Shown here piece by piece: positions 11,023 to 21,469 of a DNA stretch of 64,000 nt. The notes beneath the pieces are model-generated. The model worked only from the letters and a program-made list of their open reading frames with translations, had not been told where the DNA came from and did no database searches. The stretch spans positions 1 through 64,000 of IMG/VR virus record IMGVR_UViG_3300042514_000542; one strand, 5' to 3'. A program made the translations under genes and the position numbers. Each line of letters begins with the position of its first letter. Position 1 is the first letter of the stretch.

Positions 11023-11562
11023 ATGCACATGTCCGATAAGAACTATATAGCAACACCAGAAGATGTAGAATTTGTAAAACAATGGATTGATAAATTTGAA
11101 AAAAGTTGTTTTGCAACACAAAAAGTGGAGGAAGTGCAAGATTGGTCTAAATTTAGAGAAGCACAGGAAACTTATATGTTTAAAGGTTCAATACCATCAC
11201 TTTATAAACCTCAAACATTTTATCAATCAAAGAATTTTACATTTTATTTAGAGAGTGGTGATCGTGTATATATACCAAACGTGAAAATCGTAAAATCTGA
11301 AAAAGAGTTTAAAGAATTTATAAACAATAGTGGATATCTAATCTATAGATGCTTAGTTGGTGAGGATGGGTCCACTGGTGTTAGAAGTGGTTTCGCGGTT
11401 TATTACCATAAAGATTTTGGTAAAGTTGGGTGGTTGAAAGGTAGATTACAATTCCAATTACAAAAATTTTGTAGTGAAAGCTTCATTCATTGGTTCTATG
11501 GTATCAAAAAGTTCCAATTTCCCAATATTCAGATTAATGGGACAAACAAATCTTGTGATTAA
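11023..11562 (+). CDS. Hypothetical protein
   Basis: ORF with TTGACA upstream at 10991; start codon uncertain. Confidence 0.55.
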   Translation: MHMSDKNYIATPEDVEFVKQWIDKFEKSCFATQKVEEVQDWSKFREAQETYMFKGSIPSLYKPQTFYQSKNFTFYLESGDRVYIPNVKIVKSEKEFKEFINNSGYLIYRCLVGEDGSTGVRSGFAVYYHKDFGKVGWLKGRLQFQLQKFCSESFIHWFYGIKKFQFPNIQINGTNKSCD

Positions 11563-11570
11563 ATACTATT

Positions 11571-12317
11571 GTGTTTGTTAGAGGAAGCGGAAGTGGTAAT
11601 GAGTATCGTAGAGTTGATAACTCTTTTTATCGAGGAATTGTGGTCAAGAATAATGACCCAGCCAAACTTAATAGAGTTAAGGTATATATCCCAGAACTCA
11701 CTAATCAACCATATGATGACTGGTTTGAGAAATTTGAAACTTTTATATTAAAGTCACCGGGAACTAATTCTAATCCGAAAACAGAAAGTGAGAAAAAAAC
11801 CAATGGTGATTGGGAAGATACTAAACTATTTGAAGAAGTTTGTAAAGGTATTCCATGGGCTGAACAATGTTCACCCCTAGTAGGTGAATCTGGAAGTTTT
11901 CGATATTATAAGGATGGTGAAATATCAACCATCTCCGATTGTAATTACGTGGATGGATTTGAAGTTATAAACAAAGAATCACCAACCATAGATATCGGAT
12001 CGTTTTCCCCTGCATATTTATATGAAAATATAGCAACTACACTTGGAGATGCCTTCTCAAATCCTATCGGTAACTTTTCAGTTAAATGTAATCCATATTC
12101 CTTCTCATATAGACCTTCAAACCATGTCAATAAATCCAAAGGATTATTTGGTGTTCCTGAAGTTGGGTCTAAGGTTTGGGTATTTCACTATGAGGGTGAT
12201 CTAAACTTTCCCATTTATTTTGGTGTTTATAGGGATTATAGAGAGATGTCTATGATTAATAATACGGACAATGAAGAAATGATTAGTTCTAAGTATCCAT
12301 TAGATTTCGATAACTAA
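11571..12317 (+). CDS. Baseplate hub gp5-like N-terminal OB-fold protein
   Basis: FYRGIVVKNNDPAKLNRVKVYIP ... GVPEVGSKVWVF...GD.NFPIYFG is the gp5/VgrG OB signature, here with a large insertion. Confidence 0.8.
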   Translation: MFVRGSGSGNEYRRVDNSFYRGIVVKNNDPAKLNRVKVYIPELTNQPYDDWFEKFETFILKSPGTNSNPKTESEKKTNGDWEDTKLFEEVCKGIPWAEQCSPLVGESGSFRYYKDGEISTISDCNYVDGFEVINKESPTIDIGSFSPAYLYENIATTLGDAFSNPIGNFSVKCNPYSFSYRPSNHVNKSKGLFGVPEVGSKVWVFHYEGDLNFPIYFGVYRDYREMSMINNTDNEEMISSKYPLDFDN

Positions 12318-12332
12318 TACTTAAATATTTTA

Positions 12333-14018
12333 ATGGGATTAGTATATAAAAATCGACTTATAATTAGCCAAAGAGGTGGTGGTCTGGATATAGACAACAC
12401 AACCGAACAGGAAAAGGTTAAATTATCACATAGAAGTGGATCTAGTATTAACATAACGAATGTTGTAACTTCGGAGTTAGCAACCAATAATAAACAGACA
12501 AATGTTGTCCACGACTTATTTGAAACTGTGGGTAACGATAAAACTACATTCACTGGTGGTGATGTAAGTGAAAGAGTTGTAGGTAATTCTTTTTCTATAA
12601 GAGGAGTGGCATCACAGGCAGAATTAGATGCCTATAAATTATGGAAAGATACTTATTCTGAAGTAGCCAAACTTAACAGTGAATTTAAAATAAAGCGTGG
12701 TGGTTCGGGATATCCCAATGGTAATGATACCGACTTATCGGGAACCAGAGATGACAATCCAGTAATAGGATCTAAGACATATACGGTGGAGAATAAATTC
12801 TCTGGATATACCGGTATACCTCTACGAAATAAAGATGTTGATCAAGTTGTTGATTATACAACAGTTCCAGATAAGGGTAAAACTAAACCAGCAGAAGAGA
12901 GAACGATTAAAGAAAGAGATATTAATCAATCCGCTGGAAGTAGCGGATCTAATGCACCCGGTGTATTAGAATTTGGTGCATCGAAGTCTGCCGCAACCGA
13001 AAATGGTGATTGGGCTGATAACGATCCAGCTAAGAAAATTAACGAAGCTATATTAGCTATTCAAGATAAGCTTTTAGCTATTGAACAAAAAATGGGCTTG
13101 GGTGATGACGTATCTTATGTGAAAAGAAATAAGATAGAACAAGTTGGTGCAGAATTTAATGATTATCCATCTATAAGAATTGACGAAAAAGGTAGAAGTC
13201 AACCATTTGAAATGTTGGTATCCGAAACCGGAACATATAAAAATCATGATTATATCCCCCATGTGGAGGAAGTAGATAATTCATCTAACTTCCCATGTGG
13301 TAATGATGATGCAGTTATAGGTAATAAATTTTCCAGAACTGTTGGTAGTGGTGGTATAGGTTTAAAGACTACAGGACCAATGGAACTTGGTGGAACTACT
13401 CTAAAGGCTGGATTTAAAAAGATTAACATTAACTCATCTCATGGTATTCAAATAGCGTCTGAGAATTCTTTAGAATTACAATCATTAAAGACAATTACCC
13501 TAAGAACTAATAGACAGGTGTATGTGGAATCCTCCCTTGGGGTTAAGGGTAATGTTATTGTTGGGGGTGGTTTAAGTGTTGAAGGGGAGACTTATCTACA
13601 ACACGTTACAGCACCACTTGAGGTTCAGCAAACGCAGGATACGATCATTATGGGTAAATTTGCAGCAGATGAAAATCGTAAGTTAGTTATAGGAGAAGCT
13701 AATGTAGGGGGTGCTTGGTATCCCGTGTATGCTAATAAGACGGATAATCTTATTGTGAATTACCCACATAGTCACCACTTCAATAATATACCTTTGAGAT
13801 TAACTAAATCGAATAAGGATGTTCGCAATATGGCTGCATCCGAAAAGATCAATACGCATAATAACGTATCCCAAGCGTTGCCACAGTTACATGAGAGGAA
13901 GACCCCGAAGAATGATGAGTCAGCGGCGAAAGATAGCATTTTGTCTACCATAAATGGAGAAAGTTCAGTAGTATCATACAAACTTTCTAATGGACTTACG
14001 ATTAACATATATAAATAA
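12333..14018 (+). CDS. Baseplate spike, gp5 C-terminal beta-helix-like protein
   Basis: DNT.EQEKVKLSHRSGS, ETVGNDKTTFTGGDVSERVVGN beta-helix repeats and an HSHH motif; follows the OB-domain gene. Confidence 0.7.
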   Translation: MGLVYKNRLIISQRGGGLDIDNTTEQEKVKLSHRSGSSINITNVVTSELATNNKQTNVVHDLFETVGNDKTTFTGGDVSERVVGNSFSIRGVASQAELDAYKLWKDTYSEVAKLNSEFKIKRGGSGYPNGNDTDLSGTRDDNPVIGSKTYTVENKFSGYTGIPLRNKDVDQVVDYTTVPDKGKTKPAEERTIKERDINQSAGSSGSNAPGVLEFGASKSAATENGDWADNDPAKKINEAILAIQDKLLAIEQKMGLGDDVSYVKRNKIEQVGAEFNDYPSIRIDEKGRSQPFEMLVSETGTYKNHDYIPHVEEVDNSSNFPCGNDDAVIGNKFSRTVGSGGIGLKTTGPMELGGTTLKAGFKKININSSHGIQIASENSLELQSLKTITLRTNRQVYVESSLGVKGNVIVGGGLSVEGETYLQHVTAPLEVQQTQDTIIMGKFAADENRKLVIGEANVGGAWYPVYANKTDNLIVNYPHSHHFNNIPLRLTKSNKDVRNMAASEKINTHNNVSQALPQLHERKTPKNDESAAKDSILSTINGESSVVSYKLSNGLTINIYK

Positions 14019-14028
14019 TATCATAACA

Positions 14029-15087
14029 ATGAATAGTGAAAATATCGAAATTCCAGCACCAGAGAAGCCATATATGGTTCTACCAAAAGGGTTGAGACTC
14101 CCACCACCTGAAAATATCATATTGGAGAACTCCCGTATAGTGAGCATTGCTGGTTGGTCTGATGAGGAAATTACCAATGTGATCTTAGAATACGAAAAAT
14201 ATAACAAGGCTGATGATACTAATACTAATACTGATACTGTTGCGAGAGAGTTGGTTTTACATTACGTAAGATCAAAACGACCAATAACCTACACACTTTT
14301 GGAGGGACTTAAGATTTACATAAATGACTATAAAGAAAGTATAACGCTTTTAAACAGTGTTGGTAAACTGATTCAAGCACCACCAGGATTATACATGACA
14401 CTACCCGCTGGGTTGAAACTCCCACAATCACCAGAATACCTCACCTCCGATGCTTTTGCCATCGAAGGCAAGAAATGGTCAGAGGAGTTCGAAAACGGTT
14501 TTATCACATTGGTATCTACCCGTTGGATGAACATTGATGGTTGGTCTGATGAGGAAATTGCCGATGTGATCTTAGAATACGAAAAATATAATCGTGGTGT
14601 TAAATGGGCTGAGAAGGTTGCTGAGGCTGCTGCTGAGGCTGCTGCTGAGGCTGCTGAGAAGGTTGCTGCTGAGGCTGCTGAGAAGGTTGCTGCTGAGAAG
14701 GTTGCTGCGAGAGATAAGATGTTGCCTTTCGTAAGAGGAAAACGACCACTATTGTACAAACTGTCTGGTGGGCTTAAGATTTACATAGATGACTCGTATG
14801 AAGGTCAAATGATGACCAACCATTTCGATGACCTGGTTCCAATGCCGTTGGGGCCATATATGATACTACCCAAAGGGTTGAGACTCCTACCACCGCCCGG
14901 AACATATCAAAAGAAAAGCCAATACGATGATTACTTTCCAGAAGTTATGGCTAGTGGATTAATAATTGAGACATTCCTCGATCCAAGCGGTTATTGGATA
15001 CTGGAGAAACCCCGTGTAGTATTCATTAATGGTTGGTCTGATGAGAAACTTGCTGATACACTCGTAGAACACGAAAAACATAATTAA
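14029..15087 (+). CDS. Hypothetical protein with three internal repeats and an Ala/Glu tract
   Basis: Repeats of PYMxLPKGLRLPPP...GWSDEEIxxVILEYEKYN. Confidence 0.7.
   Translation: MNSENIEIPAPEKPYMVLPKGLRLPPPENIILENSRIVSIAGWSDEEITNVILEYEKYNKADDTNTNTDTVARELVLHYVRSKRPITYTLLEGLKIYINDYKESITLLNSVGKLIQAPPGLYMTLPAGLKLPQSPEYLTSDAFAIEGKKWSEEFENGFITLVSTRWMNIDGWSDEEIADVILEYEKYNRGVKWAEKVAEAAAEAAAEAAEKVAAEAAEKVAAEKVAARDKMLPFVRGKRPLLYKLSGGLKIYIDDSYEGQMMTNHFDDLVPMPLGPYMILPKGLRLLPPPGTYQKKSQYDDYFPEVMASGLIIETFLDPSGYWILEKPRVVFINGWSDEKLADTLVEHEKHN
14608..14709 (+). repeat. GCTGCTGAG / GAGAAGGTT minisatellite encoding an (AEKVA/AAE)n linker
   Basis: Tandem 9-nt units read directly from the sequence. Confidence 0.85.
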
Positions 15088-15247
15088 AGGACTTACATCC
15101 TGCTCTATGATGTTGTATTCTATGTCGAATAATCCAACCACTAATCTCTTCAACGTTGTGACGTTTGGGTATCTACCGAAAATATCAACACCCACAATAA
15201 TATCTCTCAAGCGTTGCCACAAACGCATGAGAGAAAATTGGCAACTA

Positions 15248-15886
15248 TCAAAGAATCTGATCAATAATTCCATATTCAAGACATTCTTGAGCCGTGAGAT
15301 ATATATCTCGTTTCATAAGTTCATCTAATCTCTTCATTGGGATTTTAGTATATTCTTTGTAGATGTTCTTCAAACACTTCATCAGTGCTGTGGCACTTTC
15401 CATAGCGTCTTCCATCTCAGAAAACTTACCATACATATCACCAGATAGTTGATGTATGAGTAGTGTCGCATGTCTACCCATAAATCTTTTATGTCCTGCA
15501 ATAGTTATAAGTGTTCCAGCAGATGCTACACAGCCATCGACATATGTATAAATTTTGGATTTTAGACTGGATAGTTTATCTAGTGTTGATAACGCTGAAT
15601 ATATCTCACCACCATTTGTTTTTATATGTAGATGGATGATTGGTGTGAATGAATCACCCAAAACATTCTTAGTATTTTGTAACTTTAGATCAACCTCCAA
15701 TAGTAGTTTATTAAGCTCTAAAATAGATCCATCATTAACATCTTCATAGAAGAAGATATTATTTTCAACTAATTTTAAGGATGATCCCCCATCCGTGTTA
15801 ATCATTATAGTTTGTGGGTCGTCCATAGTGTCCATAGACATTCTTTGTTTATTTGTTTGTTTCCAATTCATAATATTATCCTTCAC
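15248..15886 (-). CDS. clpP: ClpP-family protease subunit
   Basis: IKTNGG, DGCVASAGTLI (catalytic Ser), LLIHQ (His), RDIYLTAQECLEYGIIDQI. Confidence 0.85.
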   Translation of the reverse strand: MKDNIMNWKQTNKQRMSMDTMDDPQTIMINTDGGSSLKLVENNIFFYEDVNDGSILELNKLLLEVDLKLQNTKNVLGDSFTPIIHLHIKTNGGEIYSALSTLDKLSSLKSKIYTYVDGCVASAGTLITIAGHKRFMGRHATLLIHQLSGDMYGKFSEMEDAMESATALMKCLKNIYKEYTKIPMKRLDELMKRDIYLTAQECLEYGIIDQIL

Positions 15887-17603
15887 ATGATTTACATGTC
15901 ATAATTGACCTAGCCAACATTTGTGATGGGTTGGTGCTTCTCTGATAATAGAGACTCTTAATTCCTTGCTCCCAAGCAAAGATCATAAGCTCATTAACAT
16001 CCTTTGGTTTGATATCTGGTGGTATCATTAGATTTATAGATTGCCCTTGGTCGATGAACTTCTGTCTTTGTGCTGCTTGAATTATAATTTCCTTTTGAGG
16101 AATCTCTCCAAAAGTTTTAAACACATCCTTTTCATCTTGAGTTAGGAAATCTAAATGTTGGACAGAACCTCCATGAATTAGGATGTCTTTCCAAACTGCT
16201 TGTGTATTTTGCCCCTTAGTTTCTAGGAATGATACCAAATATGGATTCTTGAAAGTGAATTTACCCTTAGCCAAATCCTTGGTAAAGTAATTACTATTCA
16301 ATGGTTCGATACTTGGAGATACTTGACCTAGAATGAATGAGCTACTTGTAGTGGGTGCAACTGCCATAGTTGTGACATTCCTTCTACCATAACCCTGTAA
16401 TAAAGGTGGTTCTCCGAATTCAGAGGATAATTTAGAAGTGGCTGAATCACTTTTATTCTTAATAAAACTCCAAACTTCAGTATTTAGAAACTTAGCATCC
16501 ATCGATTCGAATGCAATCATTTTAGATTGTAGTAAAGAATGCCATCCCAAAATTCCAATACCTAATGCTCTCTGATTGAATGCGAAGGCTCTAGGTGCTT
16601 CCATGAAGGGCTTCCCTTCAGTTTTAGTAATGAATTCTGACATTACTGCATCTAGAAAATAAACAAGTGTTTCAACTGCATCCGTTTCTTTCCACTCGTC
16701 CCAAGTTTCCAAGTTCACAGACGAAAGATCGCACACAAAGGATTCTTCATTTGAATTAGATAACATAATCTCAGAACATAAGTTTGAGTTATGAATTGTT
16801 AATCCCTTATCCTTATAAACTTGTGGTGCTTGATTATTAGCATTATCTGAGAAGAAGATATATGGATATCCAGTTTCAAAACGCTTCTTAATAACTAGAC
16901 CCCAAATCTTACGTGCGTGTTTATCCCCATCAATCATGGATTTCATCCATTCATCAGATACACAAACACCGATGGACATGTTTTGAATCGAATGTCCATC
17001 TGATTTAATTTTTAGAAATTCCTCAATATCTGGATGATCGATTGGTAGATATCCAGCGAATGAACCTCTACGAACATTCCCTTGAGAAACGATATCCATC
17101 ATCTTCTCATAAAGTTCCATGAAGTGAACCGCACCAGTTGAAGTGCCACCAGTAGAGATTTCAGAGCCTCTACCACGTAATTTCCCAAAGTATGCACTGG
17201 TTCCACCACCATACTTTGTCATCATAGAGACTTCGGCTAATTTATAGCCTGTAATAGCCTCCAGAGTATCATCTACATAACTTCCGAAGCAACTGATAGG
17301 TAGACCCCTATCCCTTCCAAAATTGCTCCATATGGGGCTAGAAAGGGAGTAATACCCCCTCTTCATATATCCGACGAATTTATTAGAAAAATTTCTAATA
17401 TGTTCAGGATATGTTAAATCGTCCCACTCATCCCATTTTGATGTTGGAACTAAATTCTTCTCCCAATACGCAATCTTTAGATATTTCTCTGCTGCTTTTG
17501 CAATATCTTTTATTCTACCCTCTGCGGTTTCACCCTCTAATAAATACCCACGTTCTAGGAATTTCCTAGAGTCCTTGTTTAACCAATAATAGTCTTCTCT
17601 CAT
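15876..17603 (-). CDS. nrdA: Ribonucleotide reductase class I alpha subunit (short, no ATP cone)
   Basis: PISCF, SQGNVRRGS, NSNLCSEI, VCDLSS, AVAPTTSSS, DQGQSIN and C-terminal CKSCEG. Confidence 0.95.
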   Translation of the reverse strand: MREDYYWLNKDSRKFLERGYLLEGETAEGRIKDIAKAAEKYLKIAYWEKNLVPTSKWDEWDDLTYPEHIRNFSNKFVGYMKRGYYSLSSPIWSNFGRDRGLPISCFGSYVDDTLEAITGYKLAEVSMMTKYGGGTSAYFGKLRGRGSEISTGGTSTGAVHFMELYEKMMDIVSQGNVRRGSFAGYLPIDHPDIEEFLKIKSDGHSIQNMSIGVCVSDEWMKSMIDGDKHARKIWGLVIKKRFETGYPYIFFSDNANNQAPQVYKDKGLTIHNSNLCSEIMLSNSNEESFVCDLSSVNLETWDEWKETDAVETLVYFLDAVMSEFITKTEGKPFMEAPRAFAFNQRALGIGILGWHSLLQSKMIAFESMDAKFLNTEVWSFIKNKSDSATSKLSSEFGEPPLLQGYGRRNVTTMAVAPTTSSSFILGQVSPSIEPLNSNYFTKDLAKGKFTFKNPYLVSFLETKGQNTQAVWKDILIHGGSVQHLDFLTQDEKDVFKTFGEIPQKEIIIQAAQRQKFIDQGQSINLMIPPDIKPKDVNELMIFAWEQGIKSLYYQRSTNPSQMLARSIMTCKSCEG

Positions 17604-17609
17604 AATAAT

Positions 17610-18611
17610 TTAAAATAAATCTTCCTCACCGAATGATTGGTTTTTCTTCGAATATTCCGTGGGTCTACCATGGAAAAAATCAACCATATTGTTTCCCAAC
17701 AATTCTTCATCGAACCATTCTGTCGGACTAAGAAGATCATAGTCTATCTCGAATACTTTGTCAAGTCCTATTTGGGTTAACGATTCGTTGATTCTATTTT
17801 TAATGAATTCCTTCAAGATTGGAGCAGACAGTCCGGGTTCATTAATACCATTAACCATCCAATCTACGATTTTACTTTCGGATTCAAAAGCTTGTTCAGC
17901 TTCATGTGCGATTCTCCCCAAAAGTTCTTGATCAAAAAGTTCTGGATATTCTTCTCTAATTGTATTAATAAGTTTAATTCCAACTAGTGCATGAATGTTT
18001 TCTTCGTTTCTAGTATACTTTACTTGTTGATCGGTATCTTTTAATACATTCTTCTCACGGGCAAACCAATTAATAATATAAAATTGTGAAAATAACGATA
18101 CGTTTTCTACAAATAGTGTGAATAGTATAAGCGCATACAAGTATTGTTTCTTAGAATCCTTGTAAAATTTATGTGTATACTTTCTAAGATACTTAACTCT
18201 ACCTTGAATCCATTCAAGTTTTAGATTCTCCTCAAAAATATCCTCAATATCCAATACTGATAGAAGACGTTCATATGCATTGTTGTGAATAACTTCAACA
18301 TTCGCCATAACATAACCAAGGTCCTGTAAAGATGGGTGTGGTAAATTCTCGCCAAGTTTAGCCCAAAAGGTTTTCACTGCGACTTCAATCTGTCCAATTG
18401 CGGATAGTGTTCGAATTATGATTTCTTTTTCTTGTTCTGTTAGAACAGTTTTAAATTGGTGTAGATCGGATTTGAATGAGAACTCCTTATCCGTCCAGAA
18501 GCCATTATGCATTGCTTCTATAAATGTCTCAGTCCATGGATATCTGTTTGGTTTGCGGCTAATCTGTTCATCGAAAAGTTTGAGTTGTGCTGGTGCTGGT
18601 TCAATTATCAT
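17610..18611 (-). CDS. nrdB: Ribonucleotide reductase class I beta subunit
   Basis: FW...E, EVIHNNAY, VENVSLFSQF, EENIH and DFF..RPTEYSK motifs. Confidence 0.95.
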   Translation of the reverse strand: MIIEPAPAQLKLFDEQISRKPNRYPWTETFIEAMHNGFWTDKEFSFKSDLHQFKTVLTEQEKEIIIRTLSAIGQIEVAVKTFWAKLGENLPHPSLQDLGYVMANVEVIHNNAYERLLSVLDIEDIFEENLKLEWIQGRVKYLRKYTHKFYKDSKKQYLYALILFTLFVENVSLFSQFYIINWFAREKNVLKDTDQQVKYTRNEENIHALVGIKLINTIREEYPELFDQELLGRIAHEAEQAFESESKIVDWMVNGINEPGLSAPILKEFIKNRINESLTQIGLDKVFEIDYDLLSPTEWFDEELLGNNMVDFFHGRPTEYSKKNQSFGEEDLF

Positions 18612-18625
18612 AGTTATCTAAAGTT

Positions 18626-18654
18626 GATTGTAGGGGAAGGTAGATCAAAGTCAA
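18626..18654 (-). promoter_or_regulatory. Sigma70-like promoter for nrdB-nrdA-clpP
   Basis: Minus strand reads TTGACT-tgatctaccttcccc-type spacer-TACAAT. Confidence 0.6.
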
Positions 18655-18760
18655 TCCATTCGCCTGAGTTATTTATCCTCAAAATTTTGAATTATCGGAA
18701 CTGAAAAGATCATATCCATGGAACTAAATATAAGTAATTGCCAATCTATTAAATAGTAAT

Positions 18761-19102
18761 ATGTGGATTAATGACATAGGTAAATTATATACGGAATCTT
18801 GGGGTCTGGGTAGTCCAAATAGACCTGGTGATGCCCGTGGGATGTTACCAGCAAGGGAAACTAAGGATAGTGTAAGAATGAAGGGTATCTTCGGTGCTGG
18901 CGACTCACCATCTAATGCCTTAGCTGTAAGTCAAGCGAGCGGTCAAAATCCATTTGAACAGGAAGAGGATCAAATGATTAGTAAAAATACTGTATTAAAA
19001 ATGATTGAGACACACATAGGACATCTGGATTCGAAGAATCGTCTAGATCAATCAGGTATATTACATTTAGGAAAATTAAAACAAGAAATAAAAGGATTAT
19101 GA
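18761..19102 (+). CDS. Hypothetical late protein
   Basis: TTAAATA-N5-ATG; first gene of an overlapping three-gene operon. Confidence 0.65.
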   Translation: MWINDIGKLYTESWGLGSPNRPGDARGMLPARETKDSVRMKGIFGAGDSPSNALAVSQASGQNPFEQEEDQMISKNTVLKMIETHIGHLDSKNRLDQSGILHLGKLKQEIKGL

Positions 19103-19428
19103 GAAAAAGTTTAACAAGTTTGTATGAGAAGATGCTCGATTCGGGTATAGAGGAAACTATTGTCGAAGAATCTAATACGTTTTCTAAATTTGATTTAAAG
19201 GATTATACTGAAATAATTTATGAAGGTAAGTCGGGTCATGGTGATGTAAAAGCGGTTACTAATATGATGAAGGATGCTGAGTCTAAAGGGTTGATTAAAA
19301 TAAAAGATACCAAAAAAGGATGGATGTTATTTTCGACTCAAAACCCACAAATGAAAGAAACCATTGATCGTGGTGAGAGGGCATTACACTATCTTAGGAG
19401 ATTTCTTCAGAAAGTGGGATATAAATGA
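19099..19428 (+). CDS. Hypothetical late protein
   Basis: ATGA overlap with the upstream gene. Confidence 0.65.
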   Translation: MRKSLTSLYEKMLDSGIEETIVEESNTFSKFDLKDYTEIIYEGKSGHGDVKAVTNMMKDAESKGLIKIKDTKKGWMLFSTQNPQMKETIDRGERALHYLRRFLQKVGYK

Positions 19429-20489
19429 AATCCTTTAAAGAATTTTATCTTTCAGAGAACACCTTCAAAAGTGTTGATGACAGTATTAATTACGATCCTG
19501 AACAACTTAGGATGGGGATAGCCATTGAGAAGGAACATACTACGGATGCTAAGACTGCTGAAATTATTGCAAAGCATCATTTGGCGGAAGACCCGAAGTA
19601 TTATACTAAACTCAAGAAGATGGAATCGGGATTTAAAGAATCCTACCTATCCGAAATGGCACTATCCAACTTACAAAAGATTGGACAGTGGGATAATAAG
19701 AAAAATCGACATGGGTATGATAAACAATCCATTGGAATTCTAAGTTCGCCATCTGGACTTAGAAAGTTAGAGCAAAAATTTAATAGAATTGGTAATTGGG
19801 ATTTTAATTTATATTTTCTAAAAAATACCAATGCTTGGAAAGAAAATGAAACTGGGATGGTTACACCCCAAGAGTTAGAGAGACGATTGGGTTTAACGGT
19901 CGGTAAAGATTTTCCAACACCAGACGAGAATGATATTACAATTATCTTCACTGGTAATGCTGCTGCGGAAAGAGTTCCCCTAACACCTTGGACTATTGCT
20001 CATAGGATCGGACATTCTTTTGCAGCAACCTTTCGTAGAAAATATAATGATAACTCTATAGAATACTTTGAAAAAGAAATCAACAATTCCCTAATAGGTA
20101 TTTTAAAAGCTTATGGAGTTGACACTGATAGATATAGAGGATTTAGTTCAAGAGATATAATTTATAGTAATGACTACGTAGTTAGAAATTTATTAGAGTC
20201 TATTGGTAAGTTTCGTAGTGCTAGAATGAAGAAGTTACCCAGAACAGGTGAGTTCATATATGAATGTTTTGCTCAGTATCTATTATCCGATGGCGAACTT
20301 TCGTTCAACGATCCCCCAAGATTTTTAAAATCTAGTAATAAAAAAGCTTGGGGAAATGAAATCGGGGGAACTTACAGACTTCAGGATGAAGATACTGCCA
20401 ACGAATACATTCAACAATTAGGAATTAATTATTCGGAATTATTCAACTACTATCTAGGTTCTCACATCGAAACTATTTCGATAATGTGA
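19425..20489 (+). CDS. Putative internal head protein (MKSFKEFYLSE) with DUF5661-like domain
   Basis: QLRMGIAIEKEHT....A.IIA.HHL.EDP.YYTKL motif; N-terminus resembles the T4 IP capsid-targeting sequence. Confidence 0.65.
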   Translation: MKSFKEFYLSENTFKSVDDSINYDPEQLRMGIAIEKEHTTDAKTAEIIAKHHLAEDPKYYTKLKKMESGFKESYLSEMALSNLQKIGQWDNKKNRHGYDKQSIGILSSPSGLRKLEQKFNRIGNWDFNLYFLKNTNAWKENETGMVTPQELERRLGLTVGKDFPTPDENDITIIFTGNAAAERVPLTPWTIAHRIGHSFAATFRRKYNDNSIEYFEKEINNSLIGILKAYGVDTDRYRGFSSRDIIYSNDYVVRNLLESIGKFRSARMKKLPRTGEFIYECFAQYLLSDGELSFNDPPRFLKSSNKKAWGNEIGGTYRLQDEDTANEYIQQLGINYSELFNYYLGSHIETISIM

Positions 20490-20526
20490 GTTGACAATCC
20501 AAAAATGTGTGGTAAATTTCTTGTGT

Positions 20527-21207
20527 ATGGATTCAAATTACACACACATCAGTATGGTCATCGACAGAAGCGGAAGTATGTCTTCTTGTTGGAGTGACGT
20601 TAAAGGAGGATACGCAGAACTCGTAAAACAGAATAAAGAAGCTGAAGGTAAATGCACATTTACTGTAGCGGCATTTGACACTCAATACGATCTATTGGAG
20701 GATTTTACAGACATTAAAGATGTCAAGGAAACTTTATCAGTGAATCCTAGAGGTGGTACGGCACTATTAGATGCTATTGGAAAGACCATTGTATCCGTTG
20801 GTGAGAAGCTTGCTAAACTCGATGAGAAAGATCGCCCTATGAAAGTTCTTATGGTTATTCAGACTGACGGTTATGAGAATGCATCTACAGAATTTAAAAA
20901 AGATCAAATTAAGAAACTTATTGATGAACAATCCAATACGTATAAATGGGAATTCCAATTCATTGGTGCAAGTCTGGAATCTGTGGAAGAGGCTGAATCA
21001 TGGGGTATTAAGGGATGTAATACGTCAACTGTAACACTGGTTGAAAACCAAGAGGCTTGGCACACACTAGGATCTAAAATGAAAAACATGAGGGCTGCTA
21101 CCACTATGGATTCATATTCTAGGGCTGCAACCTTTACGGAAGATGATAAAAAAGTATTAAATGCTCAGTCTGCAACAGAGAAATGGTCTAAAATTTTAGA
21201 AAAATAA
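20527..21207 (+). CDS. von Willebrand factor A domain protein
   Basis: MIDAS motif DRSGSM, GGTALLDAIG, IQTDGYENAS. Confidence 0.85.
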   Translation: MDSNYTHISMVIDRSGSMSSCWSDVKGGYAELVKQNKEAEGKCTFTVAAFDTQYDLLEDFTDIKDVKETLSVNPRGGTALLDAIGKTIVSVGEKLAKLDEKDRPMKVLMVIQTDGYENASTEFKKDQIKKLIDEQSNTYKWEFQFIGASLESVEEAESWGIKGCNTSTVTLVENQEAWHTLGSKMKNMRAATTMDSYSRAATFTEDDKKVLNAQSATEKWSKILEK

Positions 21208-21335
21208 ATCCATTAAGACTAAATAACTTTAACAAAAATGTCACGAACAGAACAAAAAGGAATGTATATCGGCAATAACCCGTTTGATGGTTGTTGAGGA
21301 AGTCGTATTTTTGTATTAATTAAAACCGAAATATA

Positions 21336-21363
21336 AAGGCTTCCACAAAACGGAAGCCTTTTT
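21336..21363 (+). terminator. Intrinsic terminator
   Basis: AAGGCTTCC-acaaaac-GGAAGCCTT-TTT. Confidence 0.7.
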
Positions 21364-21429
21364 CGTTACAATGGTGAAACTAAGATTACCAGAAAATCTT
21401 GAAAGTGGTGAAAGACTAATAAAAAACGA

Positions 21430-21457
21430 TTGACATTAATTAAAACCGGAGTAAAAT
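21430..21457 (+). promoter_or_regulatory. Phage repeat promoter driving the tRNA cluster
   Basis: TTGACA-TTAATTAAAACCGGAG-TAAAAT. Confidence 0.75.
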
Positions 21458-21469
21458 CCGGTTTGTAAA

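Noticed and set aside
13841-15237. Diversity-generating retroelement TR/VR pair
   Set aside because: Differences are mostly synonymous rather than adenine-specific, and no reverse transcriptase is present in the window.
15107-15328. 73-aa ORF from the track
   Set aside because: The informative signal is in another frame (the orphan spike C-terminus), and this ORF runs into clpP on the opposite strand.
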